Assembly: GCA_041687695.1 (NCBI GenBank)
Contig: JAWLBL010000009.1
Span: 75,634-139,633, forward strand
DNA length: 64,000 nt
DNA from: Myxococcota bacterium
GTDB lineage: Bacteria > Myxococcota_A > UBA9042 > PHBI01 > JAWLBL01
Reading direction: 5' to 3'
In this document: piece after piece, positions 11,471-20,830 of the stretch
Numbering within the stretch: the stretch's first letter is position 1
Layout: every line of letters starts with the position of its first letter
Notes under the pieces: generated by a model
Databases searched by the model: none
The model's input: only the letters and a program-made list of their open reading frames with translations
What the model was told of the DNA's origin: nothing
Program-made: the position numbers and the translations under genes

Positions 11471-13420
11471 GTGAACGTCGACCTGCCATTCCTCGAGCGC
11501 GGCGACGGCACGCGCGTGCCGCTGCAGGCCGCGTCTCGCCAGGGGCTGTCCGCCCTGCTCGGGGACGCCGACGCGCGCGGCTTTCTGGTCGCGCACGGGC
11601 TGACGGTCGAGGTCGGCGCCTCGGGGGTGCGCGCGCAGGCCGCGCTGCTGCACGACGCGCTGGTGCGGGCGGCCGGGTCGCTGCCCTCGGCGCCCGAGTC
11701 GGTGCGGCGTCACCCCGTGCTGCGCGCCATGACGGCCGAGGCGCTCATCGCCCTCGCGACCAGCGTGCGCGACGAAGGCGACGGCGGCGCCGATCTGGTC
11801 ATCCCGCTCGCCAGCAAGGCCGGCCCGTCGCTGCGCGCCCTGCCCCGCCCGCCAGCGCCCGCCGAGGTGCTGATGGCCATGCGCAGCGTGGCGCCCGAGG
11901 ACGCGCCCATCCTGCTGTCGACCCTCGAGGCGATGATCGACGCCGACGGCGGCCGCGCGCTCCCGGCGGCCACCCTGAAGCGCACGCTCATCCCACTGCT
12001 CGCCGTCGAAGAGACCTGCGGCCTGGCCGCCCGCGTGTTGGGCCGCGCCGGCGTCACCGAGGCCGCCCCGCCGATGCGCGCCGCCCTGGCCCGGACCGCC
12101 TCGCTCGACAACCGGCTGGCGCTGCTGGGTGGTTTGATGCGCCTGGGCCAGCGAGCCCTGGCGCTGCGCACGCTGAGGTCCATCCTCGCGCACGGTGGCC
12201 ACGAGGCGCGGCGAGGGGCCATCGGCCTGCTCACCGAGGTCGCCGCCGCCGAGGACGCCGTCGCGCTCCATGACATGCTGCTCCTGACGACGGGCGCCGA
12301 GCGCGTGAGCCTGGCCGCCGTCCTGTACCGCCTGGGCGACCCGCGGGCCTACAAGGTCCTGGCCACGGGCCTCGAGCAGCTGGGCCCCGAGTCGGACGCC
12401 GCGACCGCCGAGGGGCTCCTGCGCGCCATGGCCCGCCTGCGCTCCCGACGCTTCGGCCCGCTGCTGGCGGCCTACGCCCGGCGCGAGACGCGCCCGTGGT
12501 TCGCGGCGCGGGCCCGCAGCATCCTGGCCGAGCTCGAGGCCACGGGCAGCGACGAGCCGACGCCCGAGGCCCTGCTCGAGCGCGCCGAGGACGCCTACTT
12601 CGGCGGTCGCCCCGCGGAGGCCGCCAAGCTGCTCCAGGAGCTCATCACGCTCGATCAGGGCCACGCGCGCGGCCTGTACCTGTACGCCAACTGCCTCAAG
12701 GACGAGCAGCGGCTCGGCGAGGCGCTGGCGGCCTGCGACCGGGCGCTGCTGTCCGACGCGACCCACTGGCGCGCCCACCGCCTGCGCGGATCGCTCCTGT
12801 GGGATCTGGGCCGCCACGACGAGGCCCTCGACGCCTACGATCGCGCCCTGACCCTGCACCCGGTCGACCCCTACACCTGGTACTACAAGGGCTACGTGCT
12901 CTACCGCCTGCGCCGCGACGGCGAGGCCCTGCCCTGCCTCGACCGCGCGCTCAGCCTCAAGGGCGACTCGCCCTACATCCACAACCAGAAGGCGTTCTGC
13001 CTCGAGCGCCTCGGCCGCCACGCCGAGGCCGCGCGCTGCTACCGAAAGAGCCTGCAGCTCAAGCCCGACGACCCGGTCATCCGCGACTACCTGGGCCAGG
13101 CGCTGCAGGCCAGCGGCCGCCTCGACGAGGCGCTGGCCGCCTACGAGGCGGCGCTCCGCGTCGCGCCAGAGCGCGCCGAGACCCTGTACCACCGCGCCGA
13201 CGTCCTGTACGACCTCGAGCGCTGGGACGAGGCCGCGGCCGCCTTCTCGGCCTACCTCGCGCTGCGCGAGGACAGCTACAACGCCTGGTTCAACCGGGGC
13301 CTGTGCCTGCGCTTCCTCGGCCGCTACCTCGACGCGGCGCAGTGTTTCCGCCGGGCCCTGTCGCTGCGCCCCGACAGCGTCAACGCCCGGCGGCACCTGG
13401 CCTGGTGCCTGCAACGCTGA
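11471..13420 (+). CDS. HEAT-like + TPR repeat protein
   Basis: Helical N-terminal half; multiple clear TPRs (e.g. YTWYYKGYVLYRL, AWFNRGLCLRFLG). Confidence 0.85.
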   Translation: MNVDLPFLERGDGTRVPLQAASRQGLSALLGDADARGFLVAHGLTVEVGASGVRAQAALLHDALVRAAGSLPSAPESVRRHPVLRAMTAEALIALATSVRDEGDGGADLVIPLASKAGPSLRALPRPPAPAEVLMAMRSVAPEDAPILLSTLEAMIDADGGRALPAATLKRTLIPLLAVEETCGLAARVLGRAGVTEAAPPMRAALARTASLDNRLALLGGLMRLGQRALALRTLRSILAHGGHEARRGAIGLLTEVAAAEDAVALHDMLLLTTGAERVSLAAVLYRLGDPRAYKVLATGLEQLGPESDAATAEGLLRAMARLRSRRFGPLLAAYARRETRPWFAARARSILAELEATGSDEPTPEALLERAEDAYFGGRPAEAAKLLQELITLDQGHARGLYLYANCLKDEQRLGEALAACDRALLSDATHWRAHRLRGSLLWDLGRHDEALDAYDRALTLHPVDPYTWYYKGYVLYRLRRDGEALPCLDRALSLKGDSPYIHNQKAFCLERLGRHAEAARCYRKSLQLKPDDPVIRDYLGQALQASGRLDEALAAYEAALRVAPERAETLYHRADVLYDLERWDEAAAAFSAYLALREDSYNAWFNRGLCLRFLGRYLDAAQCFRRALSLRPDSVNARRHLAWCLQR

Positions 13421-13525
13421 CGGCCCACCTGGTGCCCGCGGGACGCCCGGTCGCACGGGACGCCCCGTTGTGCGATCCGAATCAGGTGCTATCGTGGGCA
13501 CCGAAGCGGGTCACCGAGGCACTTC

Positions 13526-14959
13526 ATGTCGATTCCCGAGTTCACCAGGACCAAGATCGTCGCGACGCTGGGTCCGGCGACCATCTCCACCGAGATGCTG
13601 CGAGCCCTCATCGACGAGGGCGTGGACGTGTTCCGGCTCAACATGAGCCACATGGACCACGACACGGCGCGCGACCTCATCGCGCGCATACGCAGGCTGG
13701 ACCATCGCTGCGGCATCCTGGTCGACCTGCAGGGCCCCAAGATGCGGCTCACGGACGTGGTCGAGCCGTTCCCGGTCCACAACGGCGACGCGATCGTCGT
13801 CAGGGCCGGCGAGGAGACCGGGTCGCGCGAGGCCATCTACGTGCCGGTCCCCGAGCTCATCGCCAAGCTCGAGCCCGGCCACCATCTGCTCATCGACGAC
13901 GGGCTGCTGCGCTTCAAGGTCGTCGAGCGACGCGGCGAGGGCGAGATCCTCGCGACGGTCGTCTCGGGCGGCGTCGTGCGCAGCAGGAAGGGCGTCGCGG
14001 CGCCCGAGGCGCGCTTCACCCCCGAGCAGTACATCGACGAGGGGGACCTCGCCGACATCCGCTTCGCCGCCCGCAAGCAGGTCGACTTCATCGCCGCCTC
14101 CTTCGTCAGCCGGGCCGCCGACGTGCGCGCGGTGCGCGAGGCGATGGGCGACGAGGCGCACCAGATCGGCATCGTGGCCAAGATCGAGAGCCGCGTCGGC
14201 ATCGACAACATCCAGGAGATCATCGACGAGGCCGACGGCATCATGATCGCCCGCGGCGACCTGGGCGTCGAGATCCCCGCCGAGGAGGTCCCGCTGGTCC
14301 AAAAGCGGGTCATCAAGCTCTGCAAGGGCGCCGCCAAGCCGGTCATCGTGGCGACCCAGATGCTCGAGAGCATGGTCAACCACCCGATCGCCTCGCGCGC
14401 CGAGACGTCGGACGTGGCCAACGCCATCCTAGACGGCACCGACGCCGTGATGCTGTCGGCCGAGACCTCGGTCGGCCGCTACCCGGTCGAGGCGGTCAAG
14501 ACCATCGTGCGCATCTCGCACCACGTCGAGACCGAGGCGCCCCTGTTCCAGGAGGAGCTGTTCAACCGCCCCTCGAGCAACACGGTCGAGTTCGTCTGCA
14601 AGTCGGCCGCCCGCGTGGCCGAGGAGCTCAACGTCAAGGCCATCGTCGGCCTGACCTCCTCGGGCTTCACCGCGCGCAACATGGCCGCCTTCCGGCCGCG
14701 CGTGCCCATCTTCGCCACCACGCCGTCCGACCGCGTCGTGCGGCGCCTCAACATCTGCTACGGCGTCTACTGCATCCAGGCCGAGCACATCGGCCGCTAC
14801 GACGTGATGCTCTACCACTCGCTGCGCAAGCTGTGCGCCAAGGGCCTGCTGACCTCCGACGACACCATCGCGGTCATCGGCGGCATCCCGGTCGGCAAGT
14901 CGGGCTCGACGAACCTGCTGCAGGTCGGCACGGTCGGCGAGCTGATGGAGATCGACTGA
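13526..14959 (+). CDS. pyk: Pyruvate kinase
   Basis: TKIVATLGPA, RLNMSH, DLQGPK, AKIE, ARGDLGVE, ATQMLESM, DAVMLSAET. Confidence 0.97.
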   Translation: MSIPEFTRTKIVATLGPATISTEMLRALIDEGVDVFRLNMSHMDHDTARDLIARIRRLDHRCGILVDLQGPKMRLTDVVEPFPVHNGDAIVVRAGEETGSREAIYVPVPELIAKLEPGHHLLIDDGLLRFKVVERRGEGEILATVVSGGVVRSRKGVAAPEARFTPEQYIDEGDLADIRFAARKQVDFIAASFVSRAADVRAVREAMGDEAHQIGIVAKIESRVGIDNIQEIIDEADGIMIARGDLGVEIPAEEVPLVQKRVIKLCKGAAKPVIVATQMLESMVNHPIASRAETSDVANAILDGTDAVMLSAETSVGRYPVEAVKTIVRISHHVETEAPLFQEELFNRPSSNTVEFVCKSAARVAEELNVKAIVGLTSSGFTARNMAAFRPRVPIFATTPSDRVVRRLNICYGVYCIQAEHIGRYDVMLYHSLRKLCAKGLLTSDDTIAVIGGIPVGKSGSTNLLQVGTVGELMEID

Positions 14960-14982
14960 GGGGCGGTCACCCGCGTCGACGT

Positions 14983-15066
14983 TGCCGGGAGCGGGACTCG
15001 AACCCGCACGCCCTGACGGGCAAGGGATTTTAAGTCCCCTGCGTCTACCGATTCCGCCATCCCGGC
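14983..15066 (-). tRNA. tRNA-Leu (anticodon TAA), CCA not encoded
   Basis: GCCGGGATGGCGGAATCGGTAGACGC AGGGGA CT-TAA-AA TCCCT, long variable arm, GGTTCGAGTCC, acceptor stem GCCGGGA/TCCCGGC. Confidence 0.95.
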
Positions 15067-15153
15067 CCAGCCCGGCCCTCGTGGGCCGCGGCGCCTAAGC
15101 TGCCCCAAGCGGGGCCGCCGGGCAAGCGCGTCGGGTGCCCGCGCCGCGCGTCG

Positions 15154-16953
15154 TCACGGCCGCGCGACGATGACCACCAGGCCGTCGCCGCCGGGCTTGG
15201 ACTCGGGGCTGCCCAGCACGCCGGCCGCGCCACCGGCGCCGTGCCCCGGCACGTAGTGGGGTTCGCCGGCGCCGCCGGGCTGCTGGCCCTGACCCGCCGC
15301 CCAGGACGCGCCCACCAGCGCCGGAGACAGCCAACCGCTGCCGCCCCCGCCGCCGCCCCCGCCGCCGCTCGAGCTGCAGCTGCCGCTGCCGCCGCCGAAC
15401 CAGCCCCCGCCGCCGCCGCCCGCGCCGCCGTACTGCTCGCCGGGCCCCGAGCCGCCCAGCAGCGCCTGCCCCGCCTGGCCCGGCGTGCTGGCGATGAAGG
15501 TGCCGCCCGCGCCGCCCGCGACCTGCGTGCCGGGCTGCCCGCCGCCGCCGCCGTTGTCGCTGCCGCCGGCCGCCCCGCTGCCGCCTCCGCCTGCCCCGCC
15601 GCTGGCCGCCACCGAGCTGTTGCCGCCGCCGCCCCCGCCGCCCCCCGCGACGAGCACGAAGTCACCGTGCTGCACGAGCGCGCTGTACCCGCCCCCGCCG
15701 CCGCCCGCGCCGTTGCCGCCCGCGCCCCCGGCCGGCCCACCCGCGCCGCCGCCGTTGAGTCCGCCCTGCCCGAAGGCCGCGCCCGACCCACCAGCGCCCC
15801 CCGCGCCGCCGACGACGACCGTGAACGAGTCTCCCGGCTGCACGGCCAGGCTGACCTTGGCGAAGCCACCGGCGCCCCCGTGGCCGCCGTTGAAGCGAGC
15901 GCCGCCGCCACCACCGCCCCAGACGTACACGTCGATGAACGGGCACGCGCCGTCGACCACGAACGTGGTCCCCGCGCTCGGCGTCGCGAAGGCCGTCACC
16001 TGCTCCTGGCAGCCGCACTGGCCGCTTACGCAGGACGCCCCGCCGCCGCAGTCGCCGTCGCTCAGGCACTCGACGCAGGCGCCGTCGCCCGCGCACAGCG
16101 GCGCCTCGAGCGGGCACGTCCCGCACGATCCGCCGCAGCCGTCGCCTCCGCACTGCTTGCCCGCGCAGTCTGGCGCGCAGGCCGAGCACGCGTTGCCCAC
16201 GCACCCGCTGTCGCACTTCAGCGCCACGGACTGCGGCGCGCCGCACGCGTCGAACTGCCACAGGTCCCCCTGATGGCACGCGATGGTCGGCAGCCCGCCG
16301 CACACGCACACGCCCGCCTGGCAGACCTGACCGGCGCCCTCGCACGTCCCGCAGCTGCCCCCGCACCCGTCGTCGCCGCACTGCTTGCCGCCGCACGCGG
16401 GCGCGCAGCTCAGGCACTGCCCATCGGCGCAGCCCATGTCCTTGCAGCCCGCGGCCAGCAGGCTCTGGTTGCCGCACGAGTCGATCCAGTAGACGTCCCC
16501 CCCGATGCAGGCCGTCTGGTCCTTCGGGTCGCACACGCACGCCCCATCCACGCAGGCCTGGCCAAGCACCTGACACTTGCCGCACGTCCCGCCGCACCCG
16601 TCGTCGCCGCAGACCCGGTCCTCGCAGTCCGGGACGCACACGGCGTCGGACGCTGGCCCCGGGTCTTCGGCCCACGCGTCGTCGGTCGCCTTGGTGTCGC
16701 CCAGCCCCCCGTCGGCGGCGCCCGTCACGACGCACAGGCCGTTCCAGCAGGCCTGGCCGAAGCCGCAGGGCGCGCCGGTCAGCGGCTCGCCGTGCTGGCC
16801 GCACAGGATGGGGGTGTCGCCCTCGCAGCGGGGCGTGCAGGCCCCGATGGCGTCCGCCGATCCGCCCTCGGCGGCGTCGCTGCAGGCGACGACCATCAGC
16901 GTCAGCACCGACCACGCCGCCCAGCGCACCACGCTCAGCCCCGCTTCCCGCAT
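15154..16953 (-). CDS. Lipoprotein with Cys-rich repeats and C-terminal Gly-rich domain
   Basis: Lipobox MVVAC; three CxPxCxxxxCGxDGCGGxCGxC repeats; VWGGGGGG...GGAGGFAKVSLAVQPGDSFTVVVGGAG Gly-rich domain. Confidence 0.85.
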   Translation of the reverse strand: MREAGLSVVRWAAWSVLTLMVVACSDAAEGGSADAIGACTPRCEGDTPILCGQHGEPLTGAPCGFGQACWNGLCVVTGAADGGLGDTKATDDAWAEDPGPASDAVCVPDCEDRVCGDDGCGGTCGKCQVLGQACVDGACVCDPKDQTACIGGDVYWIDSCGNQSLLAAGCKDMGCADGQCLSCAPACGGKQCGDDGCGGSCGTCEGAGQVCQAGVCVCGGLPTIACHQGDLWQFDACGAPQSVALKCDSGCVGNACSACAPDCAGKQCGGDGCGGSCGTCPLEAPLCAGDGACVECLSDGDCGGGASCVSGQCGCQEQVTAFATPSAGTTFVVDGACPFIDVYVWGGGGGGARFNGGHGGAGGFAKVSLAVQPGDSFTVVVGGAGGAGGSGAAFGQGGLNGGGAGGPAGGAGGNGAGGGGGGYSALVQHGDFVLVAGGGGGGGGNSSVAASGGAGGGGSGAAGGSDNGGGGGQPGTQVAGGAGGTFIASTPGQAGQALLGGSGPGEQYGGAGGGGGGWFGGGSGSCSSSGGGGGGGGGSGWLSPALVGASWAAGQGQQPGGAGEPHYVPGHGAGGAAGVLGSPESKPGGDGLVVIVARP

Positions 16954-17221
16954 GATCGCCCCCAACGCCCGACGCAGGCGCGAGTATGACGAGGGTCGGC
17001 CCCGCCAAGCAACCCCACCCCGGCGCACGTGCCCGGCAGCGAGCGCCCCGTTCGTCGCGGTCCGAACCGCGTGTTGATCGAGCGTTGACCCGACCGCGCT
17101 CGCGCGAGAGGCTCCGCCGCGCCGCGGGCCGTCGCCCGCGCCGAAAGCGAGCGCTCCGCTGGTCCCCGACCCTCGATGGCCCCCCTCCGACGACGCGCCC
17201 CCGCCCTCCGACCCGGCGCGG

Positions 17222-18583
17222 ATGCGGGCGTTGGTCCTCCGGCACGGCCGGCAGGCGACAGCCTGGCAGGTCCTCGAGCCCGGCTATCGCTACTGGTTCG
17301 ACGGCGACGATGCAGCCGTGGCCTACGTCGACACCGGCGGCGCCTGGGTCGCGGCCGGTGAGCCCTTCGCCCCGCCCGAGCGCCTGGGCGAGGTGGCCCG
17401 AGCCTTCGCGCGCGACGCCGCCCAGGTCGGTCGGCGGGTCAGCTGGTTCGCCACCGGCGCCGACCTCGCCGGGTCGGGCGCGGTGGACACCCTGCGCGTC
17501 GGCGAGCAGCCCAGCTGGCGTCCGGCCGACTGGGCTCAGACCCTGCGCGGCGCCCGGAGCCTGCGCGAGCAGCTGCGTCGGGCGCGCGCCAAGGGCGTGG
17601 CCGTCCGGGCCGTCGACCCAAGCGCCGTCGCCGATCCGGGCCATCCGCTGCGCGCCCGCATGGACGCGCTGTCCCGACGTTGGCTCGCCTCGCGCGCCAT
17701 GGCGCCGATGGGCTTCATGGTCCAGGTGGACCCGCTGGCGCAGGCCGGCGACCGCCGTCTGCTGGTCGCCGAGTTGGACGGCGCCTTGGTCGGGCTGCTC
17801 AGCGCGCTCCCGGTCCCGGGCCGCGGCGGCTGGTTCGTCGAGCACCTGCTGCGGTCGCCCGACGCCCCGAACGGCACCACCGAGGCCCTGTTCGACGCGC
17901 TGCAGCGCGCGCTCGCCGAGGCCGACGTGCCCTACCTGACCCTTGGGCTGGCGCCGCTGTCGGGCGACGTCGGCCCATGGCTGGGTCGCGCCCGACGCTG
18001 GGGACGGTCGCTATACGACTTCGACGGGGTGCGCGCCTTCAAGGCCAAGCTGCGGCCCTGCGCCTGGGAGCCCATCGACGTCGCCTTCCCTCGCGGCCGC
18101 AGCCCGCTGGGGGCGATCTTCGACGTCCTGATGGCCTTCGCCGGCGGCCGCCCGCTGCGCTTCGCGCTGGCGACCCTGCTGCGAGGTCCCGCCCTGGTCT
18201 GGTGGGCGCTGGCCCTGCTGCTGGTGCCGTGGACGCTGCTGTTGGCGATCGCCGATACCGAGGTCTTCTTCCCGGCGCCCTGGGTGAAGTGGGCCTGGGT
18301 CGTCTTCGATGTCGGCCTGGCCGTGGCGCTCGCCTCCCTGGCACGCCGGTGGCGACGCGGGCTGGCTGGGCTCCTCGCGGCGCTCGTGACCCTGGACGCG
18401 GGGCTGACCTGGGCGCAGGCCGCGCTGTGGAACCTGCCCCGGGCCGCGGGCGAGCCGCTCCACGCGGCCGCGGCGGTCGTCGCCTGCCTGGCGCCGGCGG
18501 CGGCGGCGGTGGTCCTGTGGAGCGCCTGGAGGCACCGGGCGGGGCCGCGACGACCCGAGCGCCGGCGGCCGCGGAGCGCCTGA
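17222..18583 (+). CDS. DUF2156/aminoacyl-phosphatidylglycerol synthase (MprF C-terminal)-like domain + C-terminal TM helices
   Basis: WVAAGEP, LLRSPDAPNGTTEAL, LTLGLAPL, LYDFDGVRAFKAKLRP..WEP, then about 4 hydrophobic helices. Confidence 0.8.
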   Translation: MRALVLRHGRQATAWQVLEPGYRYWFDGDDAAVAYVDTGGAWVAAGEPFAPPERLGEVARAFARDAAQVGRRVSWFATGADLAGSGAVDTLRVGEQPSWRPADWAQTLRGARSLREQLRRARAKGVAVRAVDPSAVADPGHPLRARMDALSRRWLASRAMAPMGFMVQVDPLAQAGDRRLLVAELDGALVGLLSALPVPGRGGWFVEHLLRSPDAPNGTTEALFDALQRALAEADVPYLTLGLAPLSGDVGPWLGRARRWGRSLYDFDGVRAFKAKLRPCAWEPIDVAFPRGRSPLGAIFDVLMAFAGGRPLRFALATLLRGPALVWWALALLLVPWTLLLAIADTEVFFPAPWVKWAWVVFDVGLAVALASLARRWRRGLAGLLAALVTLDAGLTWAQAALWNLPRAAGEPLHAAAAVVACLAPAAAAVVLWSAWRHRAGPRRPERRRPRSA

Positions 18584-18603
18584 GGGCGCGCGCGTTACGA
18601 GGT

Positions 18604-18690
18604 GCGAGGCCCACCCTCCGCGCGCGGAGGGCGGCGGCGAGTGGGCCTCGTGGGGGTCGCAGGGGCGCGAGACGCTCGCGAGCGTCTCGC
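18604..18690. repeat. Cluster of palindromes between convergent genes
   Basis: Perfect 18-bp CCCTCCGCGCGCGGAGGG (18614-18631) nested in CGAGGCCCAC/GTGGGCCTCG arms; perfect 24-bp GCGAGACGCTCGCGAGCGTCTCGC (18667-18690). Confidence 0.75.
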
Positions 18691-18701
18691 AGGCGGGGCG
18701 C

Positions 18702-20447
18702 TCAGTGCACGACGCGGGAGCCGCCGAGCGTGCGCCAGGTCTCGGGCGAGCTGGTGGTGAGCCGGAAGTCGGTGCTGCCGGTCGAATACCCACCCTGGAC
18801 CATGTCGCCGCCTTCGCAGAGGAAGCGCTCGAGGACGTTCTTGCGGTGCGGCAGGAAGAGCTCGTGCATGGGCTTGGAGAGCCGGAACTTGCCGTTTTCG
18901 GGCGCGATCTCGTTGATGTGCACGAAGCCGAAGTCCTCGCCGCCCTTGTCGGGCCAGGTGATGCCTTGGCCCAGGTCGGCGTTCTGGACGTTGTGGTGGC
19001 AGCCGGCGCAGGAGAGCACGTCGGCGCGGTTGATGATCTGTGCGGGGGTCAGGGGGATGTCCAGCTCGGTCAGGCGCCCCTGGATGGCGTCGAGGAATTC
19101 CGTCGGGACGTCACCTGCGTGGCCCACGTAGCAGGCGTCGGCGGGAAGCGGGAACGGCCCGCCGGGCACGCACGACAGCGGCTCCGTGGACTGGCCGGCG
19201 TTGTACTTGTCGTCGATCGCGCTGAAGAACAGGTTCGGATCGGCGAGGGCCAGGCGGGGGATGTCGTCGAGGAAGTCGTCCGTGTCGCCGGGGGTCGCCG
19301 CCGGATCGAGGCCCTGGAACGCCCGGTAGTGCGGGATGTCCGAGGTGGCGAAGAGGCCGCCGAAGGGGTTGGTCTTGACGGTGACCTGCTTGATCCCGAG
19401 CTTGCAGGAGGGCTTGTGCCACCACTTGCTGGGCTCGTCGCAGGTGCGGGTCAGCTGGAACTCGCGCAGCTGCCAGTTCTGGAACTGGCCCAGCTCGGCG
19501 AGTCCGGCCGCGGCCATGAACTGGTTGGTGCGGATCTGACCGCCCTTGGGGCCGAAGTTGTCGGCGTGCAGGACCGGGCCGTAGCCGGGCAGTCCGATGA
19601 AGTAGAAGCCCTCGAGCAGCAGGCGCCGCGCATGGGGGTTGTTGATGCGCGACAGGTTGGTCCAGAACTTCACGACGGGCAGGCAGGCGTTGACGCCGCA
19701 CTCGGGGTAGGGGTTGGGGAGGGCGGCCTCGAAGATGAGGAGGTTGCGGTCGAGGCCGTTCGTCTGGCCCGAGCGCTTGGCGAACACGATGCGGTACTCG
19801 CCGCAGTGCGAGCCGTCGGCCGGGGCGAGGTCGAAGCGGTTGGTCAGGGCGATGGGGATGTAGCCGTCCGGGTTGGGGACGACGGCGCCGGTGTCGTCGA
19901 TGATGGTCTCGGCGTAGGGATCGGTGTCGACGAGCGTGCCCTCGGCGCGGGGGCAGTCGAAGCCATAGCCGTTGAAGGTCGCGACGCCGTCGGTCATCGT
20001 GTCGTCGCATCGGGACTGGTCGGGGTGCAGCGCGCGGCTCGCGTCGTTCTGCGTGTCCCACCAGCGCTCGTAGAGTTCGTAGGTGCTGATGGACCGGTCG
20101 CCGCTCGTCTTGACGATGCGCTCCATCACGTTCTCGAACGTGAAATTGCGCAGGATCTCGATGTCGCTGATCGCGAGCGAGCGATAGGGATCCACGTCGG
20201 GGATCTTGTCGCAGCGAGGGGTCGGTCGTGGACAGTACTTCGTCGGGATCTTGGCGTCCTCGGCCTCGCCTTCCAACTGCGCCAGGGCGGCCATCGAGCT
20301 CTCTGTGCTCGCGGGCGGCCCCGCTGTGTCGTCGTTGGCGCAGGCCAGCATGGCGCCGCTCGACCCCACGATGAGGCCCAGCATGACGGGCCATCTCCAC
20401 AGCGGACGCACCGCTGCAGAGCGCCCACCTCGGTGGTGCGTCTGCAT
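18702..20447 (-). CDS. Secreted/lipoprotein with a single C-terminal c-type heme motif
   Basis: AAGGAG RBS; signal ending MLAC; CAGCH motif near C-terminus; several paired Cys. Confidence 0.75.
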   Translation of the reverse strand: MQTHHRGGRSAAVRPLWRWPVMLGLIVGSSGAMLACANDDTAGPPASTESSMAALAQLEGEAEDAKIPTKYCPRPTPRCDKIPDVDPYRSLAISDIEILRNFTFENVMERIVKTSGDRSISTYELYERWWDTQNDASRALHPDQSRCDDTMTDGVATFNGYGFDCPRAEGTLVDTDPYAETIIDDTGAVVPNPDGYIPIALTNRFDLAPADGSHCGEYRIVFAKRSGQTNGLDRNLLIFEAALPNPYPECGVNACLPVVKFWTNLSRINNPHARRLLLEGFYFIGLPGYGPVLHADNFGPKGGQIRTNQFMAAAGLAELGQFQNWQLREFQLTRTCDEPSKWWHKPSCKLGIKQVTVKTNPFGGLFATSDIPHYRAFQGLDPAATPGDTDDFLDDIPRLALADPNLFFSAIDDKYNAGQSTEPLSCVPGGPFPLPADACYVGHAGDVPTEFLDAIQGRLTELDIPLTPAQIINRADVLSCAGCHHNVQNADLGQGITWPDKGGEDFGFVHINEIAPENGKFRLSKPMHELFLPHRKNVLERFLCEGGDMVQGGYSTGSTDFRLTTSSPETWRTLGGSRVVH

Positions 20448-20830
20448 GGCTGACTCCTTTGGGGCCGATCGAGGGTGACCGGCCCGCCAGACGCGCCGGC
20501 TATGGCGCGCCCGCAACCGCAACCTGAGCACACCGGGACCCGATTCAATACGACGAGCGGGGGCTCTCGGCCATGTCCAATCATTGCAGCCACTTGCGCC
20601 AGAATACACCAATTCCCATGTATTCTCATGCACTTACACCCAAGTCAACGCACCTCGGAATGCAAGCGCCGCACCCGCCGACGGCGAAAATGGCACACCG
20701 AATCCAGCACTTGGGCCAGCGGCGCTCGGAAGGATCCCGGTTCGCGTTTTTTTTCGCCGGCTACAGGGTCCAGGTCACCCGCCTGGCGACCGGCTCCGGG
20801 CCGGGTGCTATCCTCGCGCCCGAGGCCCCT

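Noticed and set aside
17090..17160. Lysine riboswitch (AGAGG...GCCGAAAG) upstream of the DUF2156 gene
   Set aside because: Too short and lacks the other conserved L-box elements
20690..20706. Sigma-54 promoter at TGGCACACCGAATCC
   Set aside because: The -24 half matches but the -12 TTGC element is absent
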